A stretch of 64,000 bases of DNA from a virus: the IMG/VR virus record IMGVR_UViG_3300007513_000007, positions 116,577 to 180,576 of that record; one strand, given 5' to 3'. The notes under the pieces were generated by a model. The model was not told the origin of the DNA. It saw nothing but the letters and a program-made list of their open reading frames with translations, and made no database searches. The position numbers were made by a program, and so were the translations under genes. Numbering within the stretch: the first letter of the stretch is position 1; each line of letters opens with the position of its first letter. Positions 49,301-57,900 of the stretch are shown here, piece after piece.

Positions 49301-51907
49301 CAAAATCCGAGTAGCTGACTGTTCCGCTACATCAACCCACTGAATCCGATCCTCTTGGAACTCGTAGTAAATGCCATCGTAGTTCCTCAAATCACGAACG
49401 AAGAGGCCCTCTGTCCGACGGAAATGGACATCAACATCGAACCCCGGCAAGTCCACAAGCGGGTGGTTCATGACGTTGTAGAACGGGGTGGCGGGGATGT
49501 TCTCTGTGAGAATCTTCCCAGTCTCCCCGCCAAAACGCCACACCGAACGGTTGTCTGGGTTGTTGTTCTTCCGAGAAAAGTTCTCCGGGCTTCTATGAAG
49601 GCCAAAGGACATTCCGTTATCTGGAAGCCATAGCTGGTCATGCGCGGCAGAGAGCCGCCAACCAGGAAGCAAGCCCAAAGCAGCGTGGCCCCGAAGGTCA
49701 TCAACCGTCAGCTTGGTGTTGAGCCAGCTAATCTCGATAGTTGATTGGGCCTTGATGTAGACCCTTCCCCGCTCCACTCCAACCTCGTAGTCAGTGACGG
49801 GAACGCCGCCCGCTGCTTGGATGGCGTGATCGAGAGAGTCCCGAACCTTATCCGCAGTCTGGGGGCCGACCCCCATATCATTGATCCAATCCACCGTGAT
49901 GCTGTCATTGAGCGCAAAGCGAATACCCTCATCCCCATCGGGAAAGATAAAAGGCTCACGGACCCTCGTCCAAACCACAGGCTCGTTGCTGTAAGTGCAA
50001 GGGGTCACCTCCGCTTGGATAAAATAGAAGGACTGCCCTATGAAAACCGACCTCTTTATCTGAACCTCGGAAGCTGACACGGCTGAAGCAGGAGCCGAGG
50101 TGCTCCATTGGCGAGCGACCTCGGCCCGCTTGAAAGGGACAGTGACGTGAAGAGGGGAGAGGTCGGCTGCATACTCGACAACCTTCGTGTTCTCCCAAGC
50201 CTGCTTCCCGCAGAAGAAGAAGGAATCCCCATGCCCATCCACCTGACGTACCAGGGCGCTCCCGTTAGGGCGCGTGTCCGGTTGGAGGGGTGCGGTATAG
50301 TTGGGAATGGTCCCGCTACCGTCCGGGACCCAACTGACCCCAGAGCCGCCCGGTAGCGGAAAGGGTCTGCTCAACGGCAGAAACACCTTGCCCGAAGCAG
50401 GGATGCCTGTCGCCACCGTATCCCCTGTCAACTCGGTGCCGTCTTCCTTCACGCACACAACAGGTGCCTTGATGGGCACTGGTTGTGTGTTCATCGCAAT
50501 ACCGTCGTAGTAAACCCGTGCTCCCAGGTAAGGAAGCTCGTAGTCTGCCGCATCCCCACTGGCAGTGGAGGCTCCGGGTGTGGCCCGGTCAATATCCGCT
50601 TGGCTGAACACCAAACGGCCAGTCGTCCTTGACCATGCGACCTCCCCTTGGGCAACCGCAGCGGATGCGGGAAGATCGCTGTCGGCGTCATATGCCGCAG
50701 GAGTGAGGTACTGGCGTGATCCAAAGCGGACAAGAGGGCGGTCGGTAGGGCCGGGGACGGGGGCGAGGGCTGCCTCCGTGGTAGCCATGTCTCGCAGAGA
50801 TCCCAAATCCCCATCGTTGGAGGGGGTGAACTGTTCTGGGGAGTACCAGACATCAAGCCCTGCCCGCAGCGCGATGTAGTCGGGAGAGAAGATCATGATG
50901 CCGTTCTTCTGCCCTACGACAGCGTCCACACCAAGGGCTGCCCAATCGGGGCCTGCCGAAATAACCGCGTCCGCAACGACCAGGACCTCTGGGTTGTGGG
51001 CTACCGCATTGAAATCCATCCCTACCCGAATCAGGGAGTAGGTGTCTTGGGTCGCCCCCACGGGGAGGGAATCCCCTGCTTCAAACCGAGTGGGTCGCGG
51101 GAAAAGCTGGTACGAACCATCGCTCTTCAACTTGCCAAGGTTGCGGGGGAGGGAACCCTTCAGAGGCTCCCACCGCCCCACCTTGCCGTTCCAGCCAAAC
51201 CGATTCAGATACGGGTCGTTTCGGGTCCACCAGAACGTAGGAGGGGATACCCGATAATAAACGGCGATGATCCGATCTCCGCGTTCGACAGAGAAACCCC
51301 CGCCCAGCCCCGTTGAAAGGGCGTCGGAACTGAAGGTCACAACCCCAGTGGCAGGGTTCTGGTCATCAATCCCGGTGAGGACGTTGCCCCCGTCAGGGTT
51401 GAAAAGTGTGGACTTCGGCCCGAACCCGACAGGGAGAGGGCTATCCCCCCGCTGAACTACAACCGCGTCTATCGCATGAAGACTCCGTTGGAACTCGTCT
51501 TGGATAAGAAGCGACCCGGACCCGTCCTCGTAAGTGATCGAAGGATCAAGAAGATTTACGACTGAAAGGCTTCCGGGCAGCGGAGAGCAGAAGCCGGGAT
51601 CTCCAGAAACATCCCAAGTACCAAGGGCCGTGTCCTCGGAGATGAGAGAAAAGTTGCTCGTGTTCGCTGACCAAAGGAGGTACTCCTCTTTGCCTGATTC
51701 GGGGCGAAGCAGGACGGCTGCCCGGTACATATCGGCAAAGGGGGCAACCGGACGTTGGTGTACCGGAAGGAAGTAGTTGAAAGCGGAAGGGTCCGCGAGG
51801 GGGACATGGCAGCGGTCCACCCCAGAGACGGCCTCCCCAGTGGTGGTTGCATTTGCAGGAGCACTTCGCGCAGGACGAAGCACATAGCCATCTATCTCAA
51901 GACCCAT
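40370..51907 (-). CDS. Giant virion (baseplate-associated) protein, about 3845 aa
   Basis: 11.5 kb open frame; likely start MGLEIDGYVLRP at 51907, 4 nt after the upstream stop. Lies between spike and wedge genes; beta-rich. Confidence 0.85.
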   Translation of the reverse strand: MGLEIDGYVLRPARSAPANATTTGEAVSGVDRCHVPLADPSAFNYFLPVHQRPVAPFADMYRAAVLLRPESGKEEYLLWSANTSNFSLISEDTALGTWDVSGDPGFCSPLPGSLSVVNLLDPSITYEDGSGSLLIQDEFQRSLHAIDAVVVQRGDSPLPVGFGPKSTLFNPDGGNVLTGIDDQNPATGVVTFSSDALSTGLGGGFSVERGDRIIAVYYRVSPPTFWWTRNDPYLNRFGWNGKVGRWEPLKGSLPRNLGKLKSDGSYQLFPRPTRFEAGDSLPVGATQDTYSLIRVGMDFNAVAHNPEVLVVADAVISAGPDWAALGVDAVVGQKNGIMIFSPDYIALRAGLDVWYSPEQFTPSNDGDLGSLRDMATTEAALAPVPGPTDRPLVRFGSRQYLTPAAYDADSDLPASAAVAQGEVAWSRTTGRLVFSQADIDRATPGASTASGDAADYELPYLGARVYYDGIAMNTQPVPIKAPVVCVKEDGTELTGDTVATGIPASGKVFLPLSRPFPLPGGSGVSWVPDGSGTIPNYTAPLQPDTRPNGSALVRQVDGHGDSFFFCGKQAWENTKVVEYAADLSPLHVTVPFKRAEVARQWSTSAPASAVSASEVQIKRSVFIGQSFYFIQAEVTPCTYSNEPVVWTRVREPFIFPDGDEGIRFALNDSITVDWINDMGVGPQTADKVRDSLDHAIQAAGGVPVTDYEVGVERGRVYIKAQSTIEISWLNTKLTVDDLRGHAALGLLPGWRLSAAHDQLWLPDNGMSFGLHRSPENFSRKNNNPDNRSVWRFGGETGKILTENIPATPFYNVMNHPLVDLPGFDVDVHFRRTEGLFVRDLRNYDGIYYEFQEDRIQWVDVAEQSATRILAPADNLPLAAQYALPDTISSAAMEPVDSGYGLYLKQPSQGFEELVWKEDFLLPGNGGPGLAPLVSVVGVQIASGGAGQFTVASPAFSDNNISNWHDPVQVPEGPPEPGFLLHILTGDAEGIYTITAVDTPTGSLVVTPGFPASAGPLTPSHSYAEWRIYEGQTRDVYDPAVVADVVLDPFNHLLNEPFEIKVLSAIGEVVANEPDYTAVVGKARENNRLVWVRAGLDFSPSTQDQIQYITTGIEIGVIAESGLRVPDTSDPFFLAEDFSIRVEGRAYTTDYPASGDGLLTIGAPLPTPIAGDTVNVVPVIGDIQFGEDTLADNAAAVVYYDQALPEYAPANTALANPSTGALVLSQAATLAWSGDTLYFVEQMVTEGSLDVRMNPIGGSIFFNSPLREGQIVEAHYFQSDMAGVRKEDEDGNYVEVTEKLPLYVQLEECTRVDDSTFTFNPTGRTIADTVDPMVWAGVELQNFGGAVTCTIDNATATIAFQSPVDAADSVRINYGVYEAFGGEMAYDTSLRPVWRPPFMIDKDQSDFTLEGDRRDTLQTGQLMILGPSPFYITGTSYDPQLDVTVVGIWPPTSTAVGTYAPGKDLPTLLTADPVAVVIDPAGAAIPGGGYTGFMMSVDAEYAPADKFATQLIFKGDLRTYTATRHLMELGGYPLLIDNSTLSEDGRYTLVSFATPLPKKMVFGVDAVRISVRPVYGPNPYEFKGVSPFIRPEGFALFLLGSTDSSGNELPGKELVAGIHYMIDASTGGVSLMRPEQRALKGGERLLLQYTKQEVVHPVIEDDAVLAPSYKSKHLSMVVPSGENGILGSTFLAKYCFRNPDSFYASTLPVEEYLSEVQGIAVKKVVESGPQTGGPPEAFPGSADIEKQGILGLRSEVQDLFDQDRGARVYLSFYNNIVVALEQIHENIDGRIIGDRDGKFRFFVGRGVRYALPGYEDEITGFLNPRLIWRDLIESWASGLGGAYYTEEDALYLPPTAFPLDPTSLVYPGKTGGIPPDPFGLMLFMELQRSRVKNDMDDILMIRMKTAISFSLFPPFPKIELIAKFEKMWEKNRFSRLYPQRTKAFTRLLPGIGANSEANEPGVYGFARMEDVPGPNPGEVTAQVASTFGRSIGPIANPAIGTIEGIVSVVPNDRYPRARIWAYYPEGDPDLDDAISAAGLTGTTVGSATLVCTPLDFVDFPIDSNTGFPDFAQLATQLEGGLSDLSTGSLELSTPGFEAGQRLRFGIPTGEVFDLFDTSVTYPSLFGLTPPSPIKAPVFVAEVIGGAILILGKQDGTAIAGTSIQKSDEGDFEAKYGDTAFVGSALPMDEASAASDPPGIEDMALSSKAMSAYRMGFDLSVARLKSQYRDLSFPSSEDIFGFPLKEMMGQQPPKPLSCLESEVSFINTSETPLELPCLKGEARDDSGDVQIPYLSTTVTELSALYEVWQSIEFFAEAEAPPGTYPIPAATWMGQVPNQYWGAVYPDEFLISDGSIGEWSDGALGPPNYAGSLYSDTDWMPWTGTTPYVQGTLTGSLRPYDLVFVECPDDGGAGDPQESSGLPAGGQGIITVGAVRGAANLVGSNPYFEPPRFVTASRPALTAPLAVPHRYMAENVFGFNTAWDVGAGAATSGCQVTEVFSAGVYLITFDVSSAWLGNPANRYVLDDGSDTPYPATTGGLQKLIVDSWATWAGLNTCVVTFYNPDPNFAGDPTICKLAFRNPSAFAAYGVWIPGAGALNLIMAGIGWNLDGSFKIMFESNASLLGATLGSPAGPLVNNNYYDFNISVDTYMTTQTSNYFNPPAAPGSNYGSRDAYIRGDRLTFQESLSFATALPVDSRPANNNPTVDMGLNLNVIETQMGKPGSQFASSVNEVQETNDNVRFKFRSRVGPDPNNIVSAGTTYVGTFVGAGVGVGRVRVMPFEWGNQSIVDQVVPATARIENILLSAAPSSDLSTDDPTGAGNYQICLGEGSFYDYEHDFTDAAYQGARSYILNTGASILAGSVGEVQSGDIVVVPGVWDSGTNRLFGCTRSGTYVVRYAFEPDNAAGTPSLRGLSKGVYAGQEGWLELPFPTVLKWDHDSAGSTFTITVKGALPSVYYSPTGHAFPASGQLYLVLKSAYSVLLPAGYEIDKDCVYKVQYTGVFTDADGNSEFHLQYGVLNPPENAQGDMLDPLSPTNSWDMFEDVLAVGQKLSGMQYLPIGSFGTYTDSHGVVRSLPDNNFQGAPADKHGANVCAGFRWISMRNTNNLPDPANVSPENTGRVVLWDSDLSEIVHTGAIVDTVLGVRVPVPVDPATFQADLKAPVLWRNEAADNEIEGVATYIDISHIQNNAVDPQWNEIQFDLTGALVVDPAAVYTYDHNLTCVLPGLFFWTGDDLADDGEDHKGFSGVAGLILEPSFPRTAKSLLQSFPHVVDADHTITDYENIGPRNSSDFTSAFMPSERASFFVRRIRRWHEIQDRVVADIDRLKLVYEIRRGAVSSYDAATRTYTADTSVWADGTATNVGDFNDPAVNIHPGDMLRVIDSDGSLLETVEIDRVLTSNSLILKYPGMSGGDAAPDIGSYFEVYLQQAPVPHEQSNEQLLEYLTDEVVYEREVVYNPADVNTTGGFVDRENTLRDSDVSGAGAWEALGVQKGDYLIIDPAGQDPLRRTSLYDPAEYAKRPMGDTSIEERLDGSWMQGGPAILDDNRGFYRVLGDEDSTTGRLQVDGTCRFAGGGDDSSSDVIFGSDPPANGYVVLPQVKGSIGEPGPVPGEEGQQMLRHTSYVEDPADPSFAKRPYDFPGGVYNRYNSIAPFGYKIIRPSPVFSDEAAELVLFMRERMLSWIEEIHEWWDNYRGGSYYVFQRDEHIDDLGTPGDTSDGVGLIYNALYKSLTGLTEYQPFASNQDCLSLLDRRFWIMDMRLDSEPTGGPDFYASFSTGEGRPVLPDLLDDVLSNDDDFRGIRYSWIQFRADWGDGSIQIADRAERRLGRKLVKEKILVKQKKALKNK

Positions 51908-51911
51908 CTCT

Positions 51912-52484
51912 CTACACCACCACAGTCTTGCTGGTGCCCATCGCAGCCATAGGGGCAGGAGTGCCGACAGAGCCGCCAACACCCACACCAGTCATGGCAA
52001 TAGCGGCAATACCGTTACCGATACCGGCAGCCAATGTACCGGCTTGCAGCCCTACAATCCCCAGGGCACCAAGATTGTTGGTGAGAAGCCCGATGAGAGA
52101 GCCAGCGTTAGCAAAAACCACCTTGGAGGCATCCGCTCCGTTCGTGGCTATTGCCGAGCCTCCTACATATGTCGCAGAGGCGTTGAAGGCATCACAGAAC
52201 CCTAAACCGATGGCATTCCCCATCTTGGCTGCACTCAAACCCAACAGCCCAACCCCCTGAAGGGTTCCAGGCAGCGGCATAACCATGCACTGCATCTTCC
52301 CGTTGACCAGACCCCCTCCAGCGGTCCCTACAACTAAACCCTGGGCCTGTATACCTCCTGTCTTCACCCATTGGCCCACAGCGTTGCCCACCGCCCCAGC
52401 GACTGCCCCCCAGGTAGGCCCATTGAGGTTAGGTGCCCCAGCAGTCATGATTGCTGTGGTCACAGCCGATGAAACGATTGCCAT
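51912..52484 (-). CDS. Gly/Ala-rich hydrophobic protein (190 aa), candidate spike-tip protein
   Basis: Abuts the stop of the spike gene (TAA-ATG); very few charged residues; two similar halves. Confidence 0.7.
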   Translation of the reverse strand: MAIVSSAVTTAIMTAGAPNLNGPTWGAVAGAVGNAVGQWVKTGGIQAQGLVVGTAGGGLVNGKMQCMVMPLPGTLQGVGLLGLSAAKMGNAIGLGFCDAFNASATYVGGSAIATNGADASKVVFANAGSLIGLLTNNLGALGIVGLQAGTLAAGIGNGIAAIAMTGVGVGGSVGTPAPMAAMGTSKTVVV

Positions 52485-54926
52485 TTACGCTCCGAAGCGA
52501 ACGGTTGAGTAACCTACCGTACCGCTGGAGAGGAACGGCCTCCCTGTAAGACTGTCAATACACCCATCACTGATTCCAGCCCCCATGAATATCCCAGGTG
52601 CGGCCAAGGTTGCGAGGGAGGTGGTGACGGTCGTAGGTGAAGGGGTAGAGGTCTGAACTGGAAGGGTTGAAACGATAGAAGCGCCGCCCGCCACTGCTTT
52701 GAAGGACAGGTTTCCTACAAAAGCAGTGGAAGCCATTCCCGTAGTGGGGGAAACGGTGATGCTGTTATCAACGGGTTCTATGCCTGACCCCAGACGAAGC
52801 CCCGACCCAAAACCCATGCCGGGAAGGGAAGTACCCGTGGCCTGGACCTCGAAAGCCCCCACAAGAGACTCCCACTCTTCCTTGTGAGAGATTCCAGAAG
52901 TGGACGAGGATCCGAACTGGACGGATTTCTCGTGTACAGGCATCGCTCCCAGGATGCCTGTGGCCGGGTTCGCGCTAAAAGTTTCGGTAAGAGAACATCC
53001 GTTGAGGGGGAGGCCATCACGCTTACCGCCATAGCTAACGGAGCAATCCCCGGTGTACATGAAGTTGCCTGATTTGGCATTGACCGCGAACTGATCACCG
53101 GATTTGAACTTGATCGCACTCGTTACGTTGTGAACCTCGGACTCACAGTTATCAACGATGACTTCCGGGGAAGAGATGTTGGTGGTCTTGGCTGATTCAA
53201 TCTTGGTATTGGAGTCTGATTTGACATGGACCGCAGGGTTCTTGGCTGCTGCGGCGGGGGAAGCTGCGCTACCTACGGTGGAAGGTGCTGTTCCGTGGAT
53301 CAAGACGGCGGCTGGAGTCTCCAAGGTGATTCCGAAACCGTCAGCATTTGCCCCATCACCATGCACCAAATCAAGGGACCCTTCATTAGCCTCCAGGGTC
53401 AGACCCGAGCCGCCAGCCGCAATCGTCTGCCCATTTGAATAGAAGGTCTGGGCCGTGTCCGATCCGGCACCGCTGAAGTGGGATCGGAAAGCACCCCCCT
53501 TGGTTATGGCCATCCAAGACGGCTCACCGTCAGGGTCATCAACGCTACGGACAACAACCATCCAGGCCGCCTGTTCTGATTCAGGTTTTCCAGCGGCGCT
53601 GACGAGTCCAGGCGAAACCGTTCCATTTGCATTGTAAATCTGCGGGACCACAGGCAGCCCGTAGAGGGGGGATTCCGTCCCGAAAGGTCTATTCCCAATG
53701 TAAGTGCCGAGAACCATCTCCACGTCAGGCATCTTGGGAGATTGCGCCCAGCCTTGAACATCGCCAGAATCACTATCCACGGAGGGCGGGTTGAGGGGCA
53801 GCCGGTCTACATCAAAACCATCGGTCTGCTCTGTCACCGGAAGAGTGCCGTCATCCTCATAGCTGACTTCAATCCTGTACTCGGAATACCCGTCCCCCGT
53901 AGACATGTAGGGATTGGTTTGGCCGGTCGAGCCAACCTGATTCACAACCGTGCCGTTGTAAATGCTGTCAGACACCCGACCGATGAGGTCACCGGAGGAG
54001 TTGACGAACCCTCCCCGAGCATAAGCCGTGTAAGGGTCCAGCCAAGGATTGAAATGACCCGTAGGAGTGTCCTCCCGCGAAAAGAGCCGCTCCCCTGTCT
54101 GTGCCCTCTGAAAAATGGGGGCGGTCATCAGGCTGTTCATGGGGGCGTAGTCGGTAGGCATGTTCCAGGAAGGAAGGTCTCGGCCATCCGAAAACTTCTG
54201 TGCCCAGCCGCTCCACCATTGCTGCGCGAAAAGCATGTATGCAGGAATCAGGACATCACGCTGCGCGATTCCCGCGTACACCCGGAACCCGGAGCCTGCA
54301 TGAAACTGTTGCTGGGACCGGAGTATAAGGGCTTGGTCTTGGTCCCGAAGATGGATTTCACTGCCTCGACGGTTCGTGAGAACCGCTGATTCAGTAAGAA
54401 TCAAATCAGATCCCTGGGCAGAAGATATGAAGGCGTTGCCCTCCTCCAGCCGGGGACCCTTGAAGCGAATAACAGGGGCGTAGGGACCTGCCGTGAGCTT
54501 GGTGCGAAGAGTTGGCTCGACCTCCTCCCCCGAGAAAAGAGCAACGGGGTTCCAATCAACCCCCATCCGAGGTGCCGAAGGAACCCAGGCAACAATGTAA
54601 GGACGGGTGTTGGAAAGGGTGGAGGGGGCAAACCCGACAATGCACTGGTCGTTTAGCTGGGGCATCACCCCCATAAAAGACCGGCTTCCCGTATGCCCGA
54701 AGGAAATAGGGACATTCCTAAAAGGTTGGGTGTTGGGTCCCTGGATAAGTTGGATGTCTACCGCCATGTTGGCAGCGTTGACGCCTACGACGTAGGCTCT
54801 CCGAAGCACCCCCTCGGTGTAGTTGAGGCTTTCTGCGTCAAGCCTTCGCCGCTGTCTGTTGTTCAGCCGTTGTCTTACCTTCCCCCGGTTTACGCGACCC
54901 GTGGTCTTTCTTCCACCCAATGACAT
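52485..54926 (-). CDS. Central spike, gp5/VgrG/gpV-like (813 aa)
   Basis: OB-fold-like N-term (AYVVGVN...VDIQL...VPISF...FMGVMPQLNDQCIVGF), then beta-helix strands (FISSAQGSDLIL...GSEIHL; VHVKSDSNTKIESAKTTNISS); follows the hub gene. Confidence 0.8.
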   Translation of the reverse strand: MSLGGRKTTGRVNRGKVRQRLNNRQRRRLDAESLNYTEGVLRRAYVVGVNAANMAVDIQLIQGPNTQPFRNVPISFGHTGSRSFMGVMPQLNDQCIVGFAPSTLSNTRPYIVAWVPSAPRMGVDWNPVALFSGEEVEPTLRTKLTAGPYAPVIRFKGPRLEEGNAFISSAQGSDLILTESAVLTNRRGSEIHLRDQDQALILRSQQQFHAGSGFRVYAGIAQRDVLIPAYMLFAQQWWSGWAQKFSDGRDLPSWNMPTDYAPMNSLMTAPIFQRAQTGERLFSREDTPTGHFNPWLDPYTAYARGGFVNSSGDLIGRVSDSIYNGTVVNQVGSTGQTNPYMSTGDGYSEYRIEVSYEDDGTLPVTEQTDGFDVDRLPLNPPSVDSDSGDVQGWAQSPKMPDVEMVLGTYIGNRPFGTESPLYGLPVVPQIYNANGTVSPGLVSAAGKPESEQAAWMVVVRSVDDPDGEPSWMAITKGGAFRSHFSGAGSDTAQTFYSNGQTIAAGGSGLTLEANEGSLDLVHGDGANADGFGITLETPAAVLIHGTAPSTVGSAASPAAAAKNPAVHVKSDSNTKIESAKTTNISSPEVIVDNCESEVHNVTSAIKFKSGDQFAVNAKSGNFMYTGDCSVSYGGKRDGLPLNGCSLTETFSANPATGILGAMPVHEKSVQFGSSSTSGISHKEEWESLVGAFEVQATGTSLPGMGFGSGLRLGSGIEPVDNSITVSPTTGMASTAFVGNLSFKAVAGGASIVSTLPVQTSTPSPTTVTTSLATLAAPGIFMGAGISDGCIDSLTGRPFLSSGTVGYSTVRFGA

Positions 54927-54935
54927 GCCAACTCC

Positions 54936-57900
54936 CTATTCATCACCCATATCGTACCCAGGCACAGCAGATTTCGTGGAGGTGAACCCTGTTGCTTCAG
55001 GCTCCGGTTCTTCGTTTTCGCCAGCGGTTGTAGCCACCCCTGCGGGTGCCGGGTCGGCCTCTGAAGCAACAGTCGTTTCCTCCCGCTCTTCAGCGGGGGG
55101 AGGATTCCCCTGGAAAGCCCCCTCCATCTCATTCCACCGGTCACGGGCCTTCTTCGCGGCCTCGTCCAGAGCCTCACCCTGTTCTTTCAGGTCTTGCCCA
55201 AGCTCCCTGAAGCTCGTCGCGTAAGTGCCGCCTGCCCCGAAAGTATCACTGATCATTTCCCCGATATTGGTCCTCTCAAGATCCAATACGCGGCCCGCGA
55301 TGGCGTCCTTGGACCTGAGCCATGCCTCGGCATCTATCGCATTCACCGCCATGTCGGTCTTATCTGTCTGGTGGAACTCCAGGGAACCTCCATCATCAGG
55401 AAGCTCCAACCCAGACCCGAAAAGGGACATCAACATCGAACCGTGGTAGCCCCGACATGCACAGATGTTTGCCCCGCCGACACTGATTTCAGCAACCGAC
55501 ACCGGGATATTCATGGCCACCAAGGACTGTGCGTAGGAGTTGGAGTTGGAGGGGTTGTTAGACAACATCCTCTCTGGAGTACCGAACTCCCTGATAAAGT
55601 CAGCCATGCCTTCAGGGTCAAAATCGGTGCCCGAAGTGGTAAGAAGCACAACATTAGAAGCCGCCAACGCATGGGCCGCAAGCTCTCTTGAGGACGTCAA
55701 CCCCAACTGCTGGGCAGTGCCCAAAGCAGATTCGTCAACGTCACTATAATCACCCACTGCCCGCAACGCCCCGATCAACGTAGCGTCAGGGTTGGAGGAG
55801 TACCGCCAAAGAAACTCCTCAATCGCCCTGAAGGAATCATTGTTGGCGGTGTCGCCGTTACCCACAAGAACCGATGATGAGTCATACCCGGCAGCCTGAA
55901 TCAAATCCGAGTAGAGGGTAACATTCAGCCCTCTCCCGTAAGGCTGCGACCCTACTACCTCGAACCCGTTTTGATCCGAGACGGGGAAACAAGGTGCAGG
56001 AAGGATCTTGGGTCCTTCCTGCGCCTCTCGCTGCGCCGCTTCTGAAGTGTAACGAATACCAATAAGGATATTGCTAAAGTCTGGTTTCTCGACCCCGCGA
56101 CCCACCGTCGCGGCAACGGCTTCAGTCATGCCCGTCCAGTCAGGGTAAACCTCTTCAAGCAGCGGAAGGGCTGCCCAGAAATCATCTTTTGCGTCAAACG
56201 CCTCATAGATGACATCATCGTGCCCATAGTTACTGTCCAAGGTCATGCCTCCATTAGCCACCAGGAGGTCGAAATACCGCTCCCCTGCTTGTGCCCAGAA
56301 ATCCGCGACGTGCTTGCCCAACCTGGAGGCGTACCAGAGTATCGCGGCATTCGTGCTGAAACCCGTCGATGACACACCCGCCGTATGAATATGATCTTCT
56401 TCCCAAGTGCTTTTGTCCGGGAGGCCCCAGTCGTTCGCATCGCGCCGATTTCCCCGTTGACGTGAGCAAGCGTCATAGGAGTAGTAGCCCGTAGTAACGG
56501 CCACCCCGTTCCAACTGACCCCCGGTACTGTGACACACCCACAAGTGTATTCGCCTAAAGAACTGTCATAGTTGGGGCCACGAGGGTCTGGACATTCAAC
56601 CTCGACGTACTCACGGCGTGTGATGGTCCATACGTCATCGGTGACGAGGACGCCGTGACCAGCCCACCCACCTGATTCGTAGTCTGCCGTCTCATCGGAC
56701 GACGGTTCATAGGCTTCCGTCACTTCCTGGAGTTCCTGGCATTGCCGACCTGGAACGAAGGCGCTCCAGGGATTCTCTGTCTGGCAAGTTCCCGTCACCC
56801 CCTTGTCGGGGTCCAACATCTGCTCAACCATCTGCTCCAACGTCAAAGTCCCAACAGCGGACCCCTCGGGGAGCGTGTCCCAAGGAGAAGCCCCGCCATA
56901 CGGAGTCGTCGGAATCTTCCACCGCTTTATGGTTTCCTTCACATAGAAAAGAAGGGCACTGAAGGCACCGTCTTCGACTGCCCCGCTCTCAAACCCGGCC
57001 CGAAGATCCCCGGCTTCCCCAAAGAACCAAGTCATCGGATCCATGCTGCCGCCCTCTGATATTTTCGCCGCCTGGGCGAGCAATACCTGACAGAATAACT
57101 GGGATGCAACGCCCGCATCCGCGTTGAAACCCGCCATGTACTGGTTACCGTTCGCAGGTGTTTGTGCAGTGGGGTTGGGCAAGTAGGTGTGGTAGCACCA
57201 GTTCACAAAATGAAGCTGGGAAGTGAGGATGGTCAGGGAAGAAGACGCAGCCTCCCCGTCAAAAGCTGCGACCGTCAGACCTCGCTCCACTTGGGTCGCA
57301 TTTTTCTTTATCACGGAAGGATAGCTGCCCCCGCTGTCCTGAAGGGCATTGACCTCCCCATCCGTATCGGGTTGGGTGGGGTGGGAAACCTCGGTGGTCC
57401 CTGTGTAAATATCCCAACGAAGGAGGTCCGGGCCTTGCATGGAAGGTTCAGGGTGGGAGCTTGAGTAGTATCGGTAGTTGGCTGCGGTAGTTAGTGACGG
57501 TGTCCACCGGGCCTTCTGACACTCTTGGAGCGCGATCCAGTTTTGAAGTTGTTGGTCCCGTGCAAGATCACTGGAGTTTGCCAAACCTACCAAGGTCCCG
57601 AAAGCTCCTGACAAGGAGTTCGCCAGTGCGACGTGGGCCTCCTCGCGGTCGCGGAACCCATACCCCCCTTCCGTGAGGTAAACCTGCGCCTCGCGATACA
57701 TTGGGAGGCTGTTCTCGATTTCAAGTTTGGTGATCTCCTGGTAAGTATCCATGCCAGTACGGAGTTTCCAAGGGCCGTCCCTGCGTAGCTCTCTGTAGTC
57801 CGTGGTTCCGGCGCTCTCGGGGTTCATCTCCAGGAACCCGTGGGCAACACAATATCGGATAACCTGATCAACGGCGTCGTCTGCCGTGCTCATAAAAGGA

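Noticed and set aside
5881-51914. Identical stop-AGAG-ATG junctions before the two largest genes (5883, 51907)
   Set aside because: Only 4 nt shared; adequately explained by translational coupling.
9604-51988. Track start sites at 9604, 11552, 12299, 36492 and 51988
   Set aside because: They overlap neighbouring genes or the terminator. Downstream starts (9655, 11189, 12125, 36456, 51907) have better SDs or translational coupling.
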